Of a stretch of 40,512 nucleotides of DNA, positions 1 to 9,863 are shown one piece after another. Position 1 is the stretch's first letter, and each line of letters starts with the position of its first letter. The notes beneath the pieces were generated by a model. The model was given only the letters and a program-made list of their open reading frames with translations. It was not told where the DNA came from and did not search any database. A program made the position numbers and the translations under genes. The stretch comes from Burkholderiales bacterium. GTDB lineage: Bacteria; Pseudomonadota; Gammaproteobacteria; Burkholderiales; SG8-41. Location of the stretch: assembly GCA_040081205.1 (NCBI GenBank), contig JBEBHE010000003.1, positions 1 to 40,512 of the forward strand. The letters are read 5' to 3'.

Positions 1-30
1 ATATAGGATGCTACTGCAAGCCGATAGTTA

Positions 31-459
31 TTAAATCAGCTTACTGAAGACACCACCACTTGAGATCGTAAATAACAACGGCCCCTGTCTGCCGGCTGCG
101 CGGCGCGCCATACCGGGCAATGCGCGAACCAGCAATTGCGCCAGATCCTCGCCACCCATATCAACACCCGTCGCAACAAATCCGCGTAGTTTTGCAGTTT
201 GGTATGCGGCGCGCTCTAGGGGGTTGCGGCGGATGTGCTGGTCTTTGGTGATCAATACCCATTCGCGCCGCCCAACTTCCGGTATCCAATCCACATCCGG
301 TGCGGATTGCGCGAAGTGATCGATGTGAACTTCGACCTTGGCGCCAGCCGCGCGCAAAGCATCCGCCACCACATACCGCCCGATCTGATAGTCGAGAAAG
401 AAAGTGAGCGAAGCCAGCCGCTCGGCGTCACGCCGCGCGTGGCTCGCTGCGGAGGGCAT
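31..459 (-). CDS. PIN-like toxin, VapC45 type
   Basis: FFLD near the N-terminus, 'APDVDWIPEVGRREWVLITKDQHIRRNPLE' typical of VapC45-like PIN proteins; overlaps the upstream DUF433 gene. Confidence 0.8.
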   Translation of the reverse strand: MPSAASHARRDAERLASLTFFLDYQIGRYVVADALRAAGAKVEVHIDHFAQSAPDVDWIPEVGRREWVLITKDQHIRRNPLERAAYQTAKLRGFVATGVDMGGEDLAQLLVRALPGMARRAAGRQGPLLFTISSGGVFSKLI

Positions 460-1117
460 TCTGCACGACTTCCGACGGGACGTCGTAGTCCTTCGCCAAC
501 GCTTCTACCGATTCGCCTGAATAGAAGCGCTCAGCCAGAACAGCGGTTCGCAAGCCATAGCCGTCCAGCACTGGCCGGCCGAAAGAAAATCGCGGATCGA
601 TTACTACGTCACCTGCTGGCGTGCCGACCTTGGTATCTTGGCGCACCGGCGCAGGGAACAGCACAATTTTTTCAGGTAGCCCCTTGGGATCGCGACGCAC
701 GCGTTTCAATCGGTCACGTATCACTTCACGCATCTGCACCTGGCCCTGCTGGGTTGCACCGATCAATGCGCCGAACTTTTCAACAAACAAATCGACGCCA
801 TCGGTTTCAAATTGCTCTTCCGCGAGCGGCCGACGGGTCTTAAAACTGCGGCGCAGGTACTCAACAGCCTTACGCACTTTGGGCAGCGGAATGCTGTGCT
901 CGCGTCTTATGCCCGCGAGAACAAATGCTTCGACCAGGTTGATGAACGACAAACGCTTCTCAGCACGATCAGCAATATCAATCACCGCACGGAAGCGTTG
1001 CTGGCCGACCATCCACGCGCGCAAAGTCGATTTGGGCAGGCGCAGGTAGCCCGCCGCCTCTGCAATGCTATAGGCGGGCACTTCTCTAAGATCTTGTTTT
1101 GTAAAGTTTTTTACCAA
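428..1117 (-). CDS. DUF433-domain antitoxin with N-terminal HTH, VapB45 type
   Basis: 'YSIAEAAGYLRLPKSTLRAW' HTH, 'LSFINLVEA', C-terminal 'VIDPRFSFGRPVL...GESVEALAKDYDV' DUF433. Start placed at TTG 1117 (uncertain); the ORF-track extension to 1354 looks non-coding. Confidence 0.85.
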   Translation of the reverse strand: MVKNFTKQDLREVPAYSIAEAAGYLRLPKSTLRAWMVGQQRFRAVIDIADRAEKRLSFINLVEAFVLAGIRREHSIPLPKVRKAVEYLRRSFKTRRPLAEEQFETDGVDLFVEKFGALIGATQQGQVQMREVIRDRLKRVRRDPKGLPEKIVLFPAPVRQDTKVGTPAGDVVIDPRFSFGRPVLDGYGLRTAVLAERFYSGESVEALAKDYDVPSEVVQNALRSEPRAA

Positions 1118-1452
1118 ACCCGTCAGTCTCTTGGTTACACGATGAATACTAACGTTCTGTCGCCACAATGGCAACTTTGCGCGCTGCGCAACGCATACCT
1201 GCGACGATAGGTGCAGCAAATTCGCACCACAAGCGCTGATTGCAGAAATAATTCCGCATCCTTTGGCCCAGATGACATGCCACGTTCGGCGGCAAACTAA
1301 TAGTGACAACAACAGTTGGCGCAGACCAACGCAAATAGGTAAGCATCGGCCCAACTATTCTCGTCACTACGCTGACAAGGGACTTGTCACGCGAGCATTG
1401 GTGAATGCCGCGCGCCGCTGTTGCAAAAATATTTATCTATTTCGCATTTTCT

Positions 1453-1670
1453 TTGAAACTTTTTTCCGGCGCATCGTCATAGCGGCAATTGCGGGGTATG
1501 TTTTATTTTTGCTCCGCATACTCTGTGACGGATAAAGGACTTCTTTGGACGTCACTAGACAGCACTGGATTATCGGTGGCTTCGTCAGCCCGTTTGATCC
1601 GCTTCAAGCATCACCCGTAGCACCGCGGCACCAAAACCGGACAAATCTCCTGAAAGCCGGTGGCCGCAAG
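1453..1670 (+). repeat. Structured direct repeat, copy 1 (core 1561-1670)
   Basis: Core aligns to 9944-10052 with 7 substitutions + 1 indel; 1453-1518 aligns to 9864-9931; extra hairpin GTGACG/CGTCAC at 1526-1555. Confidence 0.95.
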
Positions 1671-1682
1671 CATGACCAAATG

Positions 1683-2942
1683 TCATGATTTACTGCCGAC
1701 CATCATACCTAGCCATACCGAAACAATCATTAAAACGAGACCCGGCACTATTCGAGCCGCGTAAATTGCACCTCCCGATTTGAAAGCGACCAATGCTTTC
1801 ATTAGTGTATTTGTCGAAAGGCCGATCAGTATGGTTGTGACTGCGTCTGCGCTTGAAATTTTATTTGAAGCCATCAACGAAGCAGCCGATGCTGCCGTCG
1901 CGTGCGCGTCAGCCAACCCGGTGATGGCGGCGCCCAGCAACATGCCAGATGCGCCAAGCCATGCATTCAATCCGCCTGATATCACCAACACCAAGCTAAC
2001 CAACGCAGCGAATCCAGCGGCTGTCTTCAGATCAAATGCGCGGACCTTGTCATCCACTTTCTTCAGTGGGCCAACAGGCGCCCTGCGGAAGAAGAACATT
2101 AGTCCGTAAAGAGAAGCAGCCAGTCCGCCAAGACCCAGTGGCAGTGCCAGTGGCGCCAGCAGCGCGGGCTGTACCGTCAAAATCACAATGGTCATTTGAA
2201 CGATGGTGGCAATGGAGGACAGTACGGCGCCGGCGACCGCGCCGTTCATCAGTGCTTTCTGTCGAGAGGCCCGTTCACCCATTGAATAAATGGTGGCGGT
2301 GCTGGAAACAAAGCCGGAAGCGAAACCTGCGAGTGGCAGACCGTAGCGCGGACCCAGCGAACGCATGGCGACATAGCCCAACGCGCTGATCGCCATCACC
2401 AGTACCACCAAGCGTGCCATTGCGCGGGGATTCAGCGCTTCAAACGGTCCCAGATAGCGGTCAGGCGCCAACGGCAGCACAATCAACGCTACTGCAGAAA
2501 ACAGGATGATGTCGTGCAATTCCTGTTCGCTGAGCACTCTTCGCACAAAGTAGTGGATGCGGTTTCGTGCCGCAAGAAGCAAGGCAACGACAGCGCCAAT
2601 GCCGGCGGCCAATAATGGCTCTCGGATTGCCAAGCCACCCAACACACAGGTCAGAATCAGCGCAAACTCAGTCGTGATACCCGGATCTGGTGCTCGCGTT
2701 CGACGGTAGGCGACCAACGCCCCTGCTCCGACAAGCGTCGTTGCCCCAAACAGTAATAACTCGCCTTCCAACAACATACTAACCGCACCGAGTAAAGCCG
2801 ACACAACAAAAGTGCGTATTCCAGCGGCACTTCTGTTTGGTCCGGTTTCTTTGCGACGCTCTCGCTCCGCCCCGATTAGCAGGCCTACCCCAAGCGCAAC
2901 GCTGAGGCCGAGGAGAGCGTTTGCGGATGGAACTGTGAGCAT
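1683..2942 (-). CDS. MgtC/SapB family + DUF4010 membrane protein
   Basis: 'GLLIGAERER...AAGIRTF...GITTE' MgtC motifs, 'GFASGFVSSTA' DUF4010, many TM segments; start at ATG 2942. Confidence 0.9.
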   Translation of the reverse strand: MLTVPSANALLGLSVALGVGLLIGAERERRKETGPNRSAAGIRTFVVSALLGAVSMLLEGELLLFGATTLVGAGALVAYRRTRAPDPGITTEFALILTCVLGGLAIREPLLAAGIGAVVALLLAARNRIHYFVRRVLSEQELHDIILFSAVALIVLPLAPDRYLGPFEALNPRAMARLVVLVMAISALGYVAMRSLGPRYGLPLAGFASGFVSSTATIYSMGERASRQKALMNGAVAGAVLSSIATIVQMTIVILTVQPALLAPLALPLGLGGLAASLYGLMFFFRRAPVGPLKKVDDKVRAFDLKTAAGFAALVSLVLVISGGLNAWLGASGMLLGAAITGLADAHATAASAASLMASNKISSADAVTTILIGLSTNTLMKALVAFKSGGAIYAARIVPGLVLMIVSVWLGMMVGSKS

Positions 2943-3230
2943 ATTGCGGCACCTTAAAATCGTATACACATCGAAATCATGCGTCACCAACAGCAAACAA
3001 GATTTTTTTGCGGCGGGCGTGCCTCCAGTTCACAAAATGGCAGCGTCAACCAAATAACATTAAACACTTGGCGTTATCGGTGAACGCATACGTCAATGGA
3101 AGCATAGCGTAAGTAAGTGCCACTGCATTACCTCACATGGCAGCAATTCGTTGTCTGTTCGTTTGCGTACTTACCTGTCCTGAATTCACGCATATCCTAC
3201 AGTTGTCACCACGCTTCCAAGTCCTCAACC

Positions 3231-3271
3231 TTGATTTGGGTCAAGCTGAATACAGGGGGCTCCCCTACAAT
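3231..3271 (+). promoter_or_regulatory. FNR/CRP-family box with class II promoter geometry
   Basis: TTGAT-TTGG-GTCAA (3231-3244; consensus TTGAT-N4-ATCAA) and TACAAT -10 at 3266-3271, which centres the box near -41. Confidence 0.65.
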
Positions 3272-3336
3272 AGTGCAGTTGCCGGGATACCTTAGCCCCT
3301 GCGATATGCAGCTCTTGATTCACCACGGTTCTTTCC

Positions 3337-4572
3337 ATGACTGCACCACTATTGCTTGCCTGGATCTGTGCTGCGCTACTGCTGCAGGTGGTGGCGGGGA
3401 TAAGCGTGGCCGTTTGGCGACAGCATCGCGCTCCGAAAAAACCATCAGACACCGTGCGCGACTTACATTCTCCGTTGGCGTCAGGCGCTTGGATTGGATG
3501 GCGCGAATTCCGTGTTGCGCGCCGTGCATTCGAGGACGAGGTTCATTCGCAGTGTTCTTTCCATCTCGAACCGGTTGATGGTATCGAGTTGCCGCAGTTC
3601 AAACCGGGACAATTCCTCACATTTCAACTTGCGGTTGGGGACGACGCTCAGGCACGCACCATCGTCCGCTGCTACTCGCTCTCCGACCGGCCAGCGCCGG
3701 GCGGCTACCGTGTCACTATCAAGCGCGTGCCTGCGCCAGTAGATCGACCGGATCTGCCTCCGGGCGCATCCTCCACGCACTTTCATGATCGAATACACGA
3801 AGGTGACATCCTCAGAATCAAAGCTCCATCAGGACATTTCCATATCGACGACGATGCAAAGGTGCCAGTGGTGCTTATCGCTGGCGGCATAGGCGTTACG
3901 CCCATGATGAGCATGCTACGCTGGTGCCTCGATGAGCAGCCAGAGAGAACCGTTCACCTCTACTATGGACTGCGACACGGCGGGGAAGAAGCATTCAAGA
4001 CACTTCTCGAATCCTTAGCCGCAAGCCACCCTCGGTTCCATCTGAACGTAGTCTACAGCCGCCCCGGCGTTAACGACGTCCAAGGCCGCGACTACCAACA
4101 CGCAGAGCACGTCAACATTGACCTGTTGCGTCGAACCTTGCCTCACGGCAGGCATCAGTTCTATGTCTGCGGCCCGACCGCGATGATGGAGAATCTGGTC
4201 CCTGCAATCGTCGCGTGGGGCGTGCCGGAACAGGATATTCACTATGAGGCGTTCGGCCCGGCGTCCGTGCATCTGAATCATGCGGCTCACACAACATCAA
4301 TCAACTACACCTCAACTCCGGTTGAGGTGCGATTTGAGCGTTCGGGCCGCACCTTACTGTGGGACGGGCAGGATGGCAGCCTGCTGGAATTCGCAGAGCG
4401 TCACGGGGTTCCAGTGGATTCCGGTTGCCGGGCCGGCAGTTGTGGCAGCTGCGAAACCAGGCTAATCGCGGGAACCGTGCGCTACGTGAAAGCGCTCGAT
4501 CATGACATCACGCCGGGGCATTGTCTGCTGTGCATGGGTATCCCAACTTCCGCCATGGCGTTGGAAGCTTAA
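3337..4572 (+). CDS. Membrane-anchored FAD/NAD(P)H oxidoreductase with C-terminal 2Fe-2S ferredoxin
   Basis: N-terminal TM helix, RCYSLS (FAD), GGIGVTP (NAD), YVCGP, EAF, CRAGSCGSC...C. Confidence 0.9.
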   Translation: MTAPLLLAWICAALLLQVVAGISVAVWRQHRAPKKPSDTVRDLHSPLASGAWIGWREFRVARRAFEDEVHSQCSFHLEPVDGIELPQFKPGQFLTFQLAVGDDAQARTIVRCYSLSDRPAPGGYRVTIKRVPAPVDRPDLPPGASSTHFHDRIHEGDILRIKAPSGHFHIDDDAKVPVVLIAGGIGVTPMMSMLRWCLDEQPERTVHLYYGLRHGGEEAFKTLLESLAASHPRFHLNVVYSRPGVNDVQGRDYQHAEHVNIDLLRRTLPHGRHQFYVCGPTAMMENLVPAIVAWGVPEQDIHYEAFGPASVHLNHAAHTTSINYTSTPVEVRFERSGRTLLWDGQDGSLLEFAERHGVPVDSGCRAGSCGSCETRLIAGTVRYVKALDHDITPGHCLLCMGIPTSAMALEA

Positions 4573-4576
4573 GCAC

Positions 4577-5155
4577 ATGCACGCAAGATTGTTCAGTCGC
4601 CAGATTTTGCCCTTTTTGCTGGCCTTTAGTGCACTGGTGGCGGTTGCATTGCTCCTTGATGCTGCACTGCATTTGCTGAATGCTGTCTGGATCGGACGCT
4701 ACCTTGGCATACCCGGCACGCTGCTGATCCTGCTTTCATTTGGATATTCCTTGCGCAAGCGCAAAATGATCAGCGCCGGCCGACCTGCCACGCTTCTGCG
4801 CCTGCACGAACGCATGGCTTGGCTTGGGTCCCTATTGATTCTGGTGCATGCAGGCATCCATTTCAATTCCATTCTGGCATGGCTGGCGGTAGGCGCAATG
4901 CTTATCAACGTGACTAGCGGGCTGACCGGAAAGTATTTGCTGGAACGTTCCCGGATGCGCATGGCGGAAGCGCGTCAGCAAATGCGTCAGCAGGGCATTA
5001 CAACGGCAGAAATGGAAGACCGCATGTATTGGGACAGCTTGACGTTCGACGTGGTTAAGCAGTGGCGCGCGGTGCACTTCCCGATTACCCTGGCATTTGC
5101 CGTCCTCGCGTTGGCACATATCATTGCCATTTTCCTGTTTTGGGGCTGGCATTGA
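4577..5155 (+). CDS. Integral membrane protein with conserved His in TM helices (possible heme b ligands)
   Basis: About 5 hydrophobic helices with LRLHE, LVHAGIH, WRAVH, LAHI; starts 4 bp after the oxidoreductase stop. Confidence 0.75.
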   Translation: MHARLFSRQILPFLLAFSALVAVALLLDAALHLLNAVWIGRYLGIPGTLLILLSFGYSLRKRKMISAGRPATLLRLHERMAWLGSLLILVHAGIHFNSILAWLAVGAMLINVTSGLTGKYLLERSRMRMAEARQQMRQQGITTAEMEDRMYWDSLTFDVVKQWRAVHFPITLAFAVLALAHIIAIFLFWGWH

Positions 5156-5877
5156 CGCGCTGGCTTTTGGCCCTGATCGTCGCCAATTTGATTGGGCTAC
5201 TGGCGCTGGTGTTCATTTTTCCGCACCTGATGGTCAGTCCCGGCGCGCTAATGGACGGGCACGCCCATCTCGCCACTGACTGCTTTGCCTGTCATGCGCC
5301 GTTACGTGGCGCAGCGTCGCAACGTTGTGTGACATGCCACGCAGTGCCCGACATCGGATTACGTACAACCAACGGTGCGCCGATTGCCCAAAAAACACTC
5401 AAAACCTCGTTTCATCGGGAATTGATTGAGCAGGACTGCATGGCATGTCACAGCGATCACCAGGCCCCGAGACTGACGCAACGCAGCCGTAAGCCCTTCT
5501 CACACGCACTTTTGCGCGCCCCTGTGCGCGATCTTTGCGAAGCGTGCCACAAAGCACCCACAGATAGTCTCCACCGCCAAATCACCGGCAATTGTTTGCA
5601 ATGCCACCGCCAAGAAAAATGGAAACCCGCCACCTTTGAACATGACAAGCTATTTCTGTTGGATCGTGATCACAACACAACATGCGTAACGTGCCATGCA
5701 AATAATGACTACAGCCGCTACACCTGCTATGGCTGCCATGAACACCAGCCGGACAAGATTCGCAGGAAGCATGAGAAAGAAGGCATTCGGAACTTCGAAA
5801 ACTGCGTCGAATGTCACCGCAGCGCAGATGAAAAGCCGCGTGAGCAAGGAAATCGGGACCGGCGGCGCCGGGATTGA
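5152..5877 (+). CDS. Octaheme cytochrome c (class III / cytochrome c3-like)
   Basis: Eight CxxCH motifs (CFACH, CVTCH, CMACH, CEACH, CLQCH, CVTCH, CYGCH, CVECH), N-terminal TM/signal, TTGA start-stop overlap with upstream gene. Confidence 0.9.
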   Translation: MTRWLLALIVANLIGLLALVFIFPHLMVSPGALMDGHAHLATDCFACHAPLRGAASQRCVTCHAVPDIGLRTTNGAPIAQKTLKTSFHRELIEQDCMACHSDHQAPRLTQRSRKPFSHALLRAPVRDLCEACHKAPTDSLHRQITGNCLQCHRQEKWKPATFEHDKLFLLDRDHNTTCVTCHANNDYSRYTCYGCHEHQPDKIRRKHEKEGIRNFENCVECHRSADEKPREQGNRDRRRRD

Positions 5878-6124
5878 ACCGTTTTCGGTCATGTCGATGT
5901 TCGGCTACGATTTAGTTCTGCCTACAGTCCTTCTTAATACATGCTGGAATGGAATCACCTTTCCCTGATGGGGCTCACTACTTGAAATATTCTATGGTCG
6001 TCCACCCGTTCCTCGATCGCGTGTATCAGATAGCGTCCTTCCTAGTGTTGTCCCATCCTGCGAGTAACGCCGTGGCACCGATGTATCCACGCCGGCAAAG
6101 AGTATGTTGTTGTAATCGCACGGT

Positions 6125-8905
6125 TTGTGTGCCGGCCGAGGCAACCACGCATTCGCACTTGACAAGGCTTCGGCAGTGAAACCCGTCGCAGCGCCCTTAG
6201 CACCGCACACGGTACCCGTCGAGGCTATTGTGGCAGCCTTGAATGTGCGTCCCGATGCCGGCTTGCAGAGCGGCCAGGCCGCAGAGAGATTGGCGCAATT
6301 CGGCCCGAATCAGTTGCCGGTTACTCCACCACGATCACCCTGGCGCGTTTTGTTCGTCCAGTTCAAGGGGGTCATGATTGTTATCCTCTTCGGCGCAGCA
6401 CTATTGGCGGCCCTTGTGGGCAGCTACAAAGACGCGCTGGTCATTCTGGCGGTCATCGTAATCAACGCATTCGTGGGCTTTTACCAGGAATACCGAGCAG
6501 AGCGCAGCCTTGACGCCCTTAAGTCGATGTTGCCCGTCAAGGCACGCGTGCGTCGCGATGGCAGCAGTCATGAGATTCGCGCCGACGCCCTGGTTCCCGG
6601 CGACATGCTGCTACTCGAGGCGGGGGACAATGTGGCTGCCGACGGACGCATCGTCATGGCAGCAGGTGTCGAAATCGACGAATCCGCATTGACGGGGGAA
6701 TCGCTGCCTGCAAGCAAGCAGATTGCGCCGCTGGCAGCGGCGACTGCGCCCCTCGGCGACCGTAGCAACATGGCTTACATGAACTCCTTGGTCACACGTG
6801 GCCGCGCCGAGATGGTGGTCACGGCCACTGGCTCTCGCACCGAGATGGGGCGCCTCTCTCTGGAATTGGCGGCTACCGTAGAAGTGCCAACCCCCTTGCA
6901 GAAGCAACTCGACCAACTGGCCAAGCGCCTGGGTGCAATCGCCTTGGTTCTGGTAGCACTGTTGTCCCTGATGCAGTATCTGCGCGGTGCCACGATCGTT
7001 CACATCATGCTGGATGCGATCGCGCTGGCCGTTGCTGCGATGCCTGAAGGGTTGCCAGTCGTGGTGACCGTCACGCTGGCCTTGGGCATGCATAAACTGG
7101 CCCGACAGCATGCAATCGTCAAGCGTCTCGCCAGCGTAGAGACATTGGGTTGCACGACGGTGATCTGTTCCGACAAGACCGGGACGCTGACTCTCAACCA
7201 GATGACGGTGAGGACCGTCTGCTACGAGGGCAGGTCGTTCGAAGTGTCCGGAGAAGGCTATGCCACGAACGGCTCGATCACTGATCTCATGGGCCATACC
7301 GCCCTAACCGACTTCAATGCATTGCTGGTTCCAATAGTGGCTTGCAACGACAGCCGCATCGTCTACAACCACGGTGATGACGCAAAAGTCGTTGGCGACC
7401 CCATGGAGGCCGCGCTGCTTGTGCTGGCAGCTAAGGGCGGCGTCGTGCGTGATGATGTCGAACGCGCCTTGCCACGCTTGGCAGAGTTTCCCTTCGATTC
7501 CGCGCACAAGTTCATGGCCACCTTCCACGACGACGGACATGAGGTGAAGGTGTTCGTCAAGGGCGCGCCGGATGTGCTGCTTGCACACTGCACCAGTTGG
7601 CGCTCCGTAGGCACAGAGCAGCCACTGGACGAGTCGTGCCGGCAGCGAATCGACGCAGACTACCAAGCACTTGGCCAGCGGGGCTTGCGTGGGCTGCTGA
7701 TTGCGTCGCGCACGGTACCATCGACCAGCTTCGATGCGACAAAGGATCTGTCCTCCTGGATCGATGAGTTGTGCTTTATCGGACTCGTCGGCCTGATGGA
7801 TCCGCCGCGCGCCGAAGCGAAGCAGGCTATCGCCGAATGCGGGCGGGCGGGAATTGCCGTGAAGATGATTACCGGTGATCATCAGACTACCGCTACTGCA
7901 ATTGCAGCGGAACTGGGATTTGTGGGGCGCACCGTGTCGGGCGCCGAACTCGACCGTATGTCTCCGGAGCAACTCGCAGCCGTCGTTAACGACGTCGCCG
8001 TGTTCGCGCGAGTGACGTCTGGCCACAAGGTGGCCATCGTGAGGGCGTTGCAGACCAACGGCCATGTTGTCGCAATGACGGGTGATGGAGTCAACGATGC
8101 GTCCGCAGTAAAACAGGCTGACATTGGCATCGCCATGGGGATCAATGGCACGGCGGTTGTAAAAGAAGCTGCCACCATGGTGCTGACCGATGACAACTTC
8201 GCTACTATCGTCACCGCAGTCCGGCACGGACGCACCCTGTACGACAATATCTTGAAGTTTGTACGCTTCCAACTCTCGACGACGATCGGCGCGATCTTGA
8301 CCGTGTTCATTGCACCGCTTTTGGGCCTGCCCGAGCCGTTTACGGCACTGCAGATCCTGTGGGTCGCAATTATCATGGACGGGCCGCCCGCTGTCTCTTT
8401 GGCACTCGACTCCGCACGCCCGGGCATCATGGACGAGCCGCCGCGCCCGCGTGCCGAACCGGTTCTACCCCTGAGGCGTATAGCACGCGTTTTTGCCTAC
8501 GGTGCCACAATAGCAGCGGGCACGTTGACGGTGCTCTATTATGGGTTGCAGACAGGGGCCCAGGACCGCGCCTTAACCTTGGCTTTCACGACCTTTGTGC
8601 TGTTTCAGTTCTTCAACGTGTTCAATGCTCGCAACGAAGCGGGATCGGCATTCAACGCGCAATTGTTCCAAAACAGGATGCTGTGGTTTTCACTCGCCGG
8701 CACTTTAGCCCTTCAGGCGCTTGCGGTGCACTGGGCGCCGGCTTCAACGCTCTTTGGAACGACAGGCATGGCTTTGGAAGACTGGCCGATGGCCATCGCA
8801 GTTGCCTCTTCGGTGCTAGTGTTTGAAGAGGTACGTAAGCTCGGATCGCGCGCTTGGCGGTCATGGCAGCGACCGCACCTGAAGATTTCCAAGGCTGTCA
8901 CCTGA
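6125..8905 (+). CDS. Cation-transporting P-type ATPase (P2-like)
   Basis: TGES, PEGLP, DKTGT, KGAP, TGD, GDGVNDA motifs; start uncertain (GTG 6125 or 6176). Confidence 0.95.
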   Translation: MCAGRGNHAFALDKASAVKPVAAPLAPHTVPVEAIVAALNVRPDAGLQSGQAAERLAQFGPNQLPVTPPRSPWRVLFVQFKGVMIVILFGAALLAALVGSYKDALVILAVIVINAFVGFYQEYRAERSLDALKSMLPVKARVRRDGSSHEIRADALVPGDMLLLEAGDNVAADGRIVMAAGVEIDESALTGESLPASKQIAPLAAATAPLGDRSNMAYMNSLVTRGRAEMVVTATGSRTEMGRLSLELAATVEVPTPLQKQLDQLAKRLGAIALVLVALLSLMQYLRGATIVHIMLDAIALAVAAMPEGLPVVVTVTLALGMHKLARQHAIVKRLASVETLGCTTVICSDKTGTLTLNQMTVRTVCYEGRSFEVSGEGYATNGSITDLMGHTALTDFNALLVPIVACNDSRIVYNHGDDAKVVGDPMEAALLVLAAKGGVVRDDVERALPRLAEFPFDSAHKFMATFHDDGHEVKVFVKGAPDVLLAHCTSWRSVGTEQPLDESCRQRIDADYQALGQRGLRGLLIASRTVPSTSFDATKDLSSWIDELCFIGLVGLMDPPRAEAKQAIAECGRAGIAVKMITGDHQTTATAIAAELGFVGRTVSGAELDRMSPEQLAAVVNDVAVFARVTSGHKVAIVRALQTNGHVVAMTGDGVNDASAVKQADIGIAMGINGTAVVKEAATMVLTDDNFATIVTAVRHGRTLYDNILKFVRFQLSTTIGAILTVFIAPLLGLPEPFTALQILWVAIIMDGPPAVSLALDSARPGIMDEPPRPRAEPVLPLRRIARVFAYGATIAAGTLTVLYYGLQTGAQDRALTLAFTTFVLFQFFNVFNARNEAGSAFNAQLFQNRMLWFSLAGTLALQALAVHWAPASTLFGTTGMALEDWPMAIAVASSVLVFEEVRKLGSRAWRSWQRPHLKISKAVT

Positions 8906-9088
8906 GGCGACTACTGAGCTGTGTTGACGTCGTATATTCGCCGGACTCGTATCACATTCATTCCATTCTAACGCAAGCGTGCGCCTGCCGCCGAGGGCTC
9001 ACTGGTACAGCAGAGGCGCGGCGGTATGTTGGGCGCCCGACTCTCGGTCGCGCACGCGCGTCGTAACGTGGGCAGACTAGAAACGAAG

Positions 9089-9364
9089 TTACGGACGTCG
9101 ACGCCGAGCGACTAGCCGCAAGGGTATGTTCTCCACATCAAATCCTATCTCCGTACGTCCGGATTTTTCATACTGGAACCGCATGGCATCGACAGATCCG
9201 GTTGGTTTTTCTGGGTCACCCCACACCTGAAGTACCTCTTTGTAAAGTTGCCCGTTGAGATCGCTGAGCAATAGCCTGAAGTGAATCTCGAACCGCGTCG
9301 ATCGTGAACCCACATCGTTAAGGTCTGACTGCGGTTGTCCAATGACTGCTTTGTGCTGCCCCAA
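9089..9364 (-). CDS. Hypothetical protein or gene fragment
   Basis: 91-codon ORF with protein-like composition and TTG start; no recognisable motif; may be part of a degraded gene extending to ~9635. Confidence 0.3.
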   Translation of the reverse strand: MGQHKAVIGQPQSDLNDVGSRSTRFEIHFRLLLSDLNGQLYKEVLQVWGDPEKPTGSVDAMRFQYEKSGRTEIGFDVENIPLRLVARRRRP

Positions 9365-9863
9365 TGCAAAATAAATGGCTCCTCAGGTTCGCGATTTCTT
9401 GTTCAATTTCTGTGAAGCTACCGCTCTAAACAAGAAATACTGATTTTCGTCGATGCGGATTTTGGAGGACCGCCATTGCGTTAAGCAGTCATTGTCGTTC
9501 GACTTAACCGTAATCACGTCGATATGGAAAGCTGTCTTCGTCTTCGCGAATTGGCGACAGACTGCTAGGGGTAGAAAGGACTCATCCAGAATTTCCGTTT
9601 GCTGTCATTGAGATTTCTCGTAAGCGGCCACTCATTTTCCTTTCACGCAGCCGTTCAAACTAGCAAGGCGGCTCGGGAGTTGTTTCTGGAAGTTTGGCAA
9701 ACTTGGCATCTTCATGGCGCAGCCATTCTGATTTCCTTCGAAGCAGACGCCCATCCCGAGCCACGGGCTTAGACGGACTGTTCGCAGTGCGAACAGTCGT
9801 TTGGCGGTTAAACTTAAGAAAATAATTCTCGTCGAACAGACCAAACCCATGAATCATATGTCA

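Noticed and set aside
5878-6124. Possible gene remnant between the cytochrome and the ATPase
   Set aside because: Short frames interrupted by stops; no recognisable motif.
9632-9857. Two short minus-strand ORFs (65 and 72 aa)
   Set aside because: No motifs, they overlap each other and coincide with strong secondary structure.
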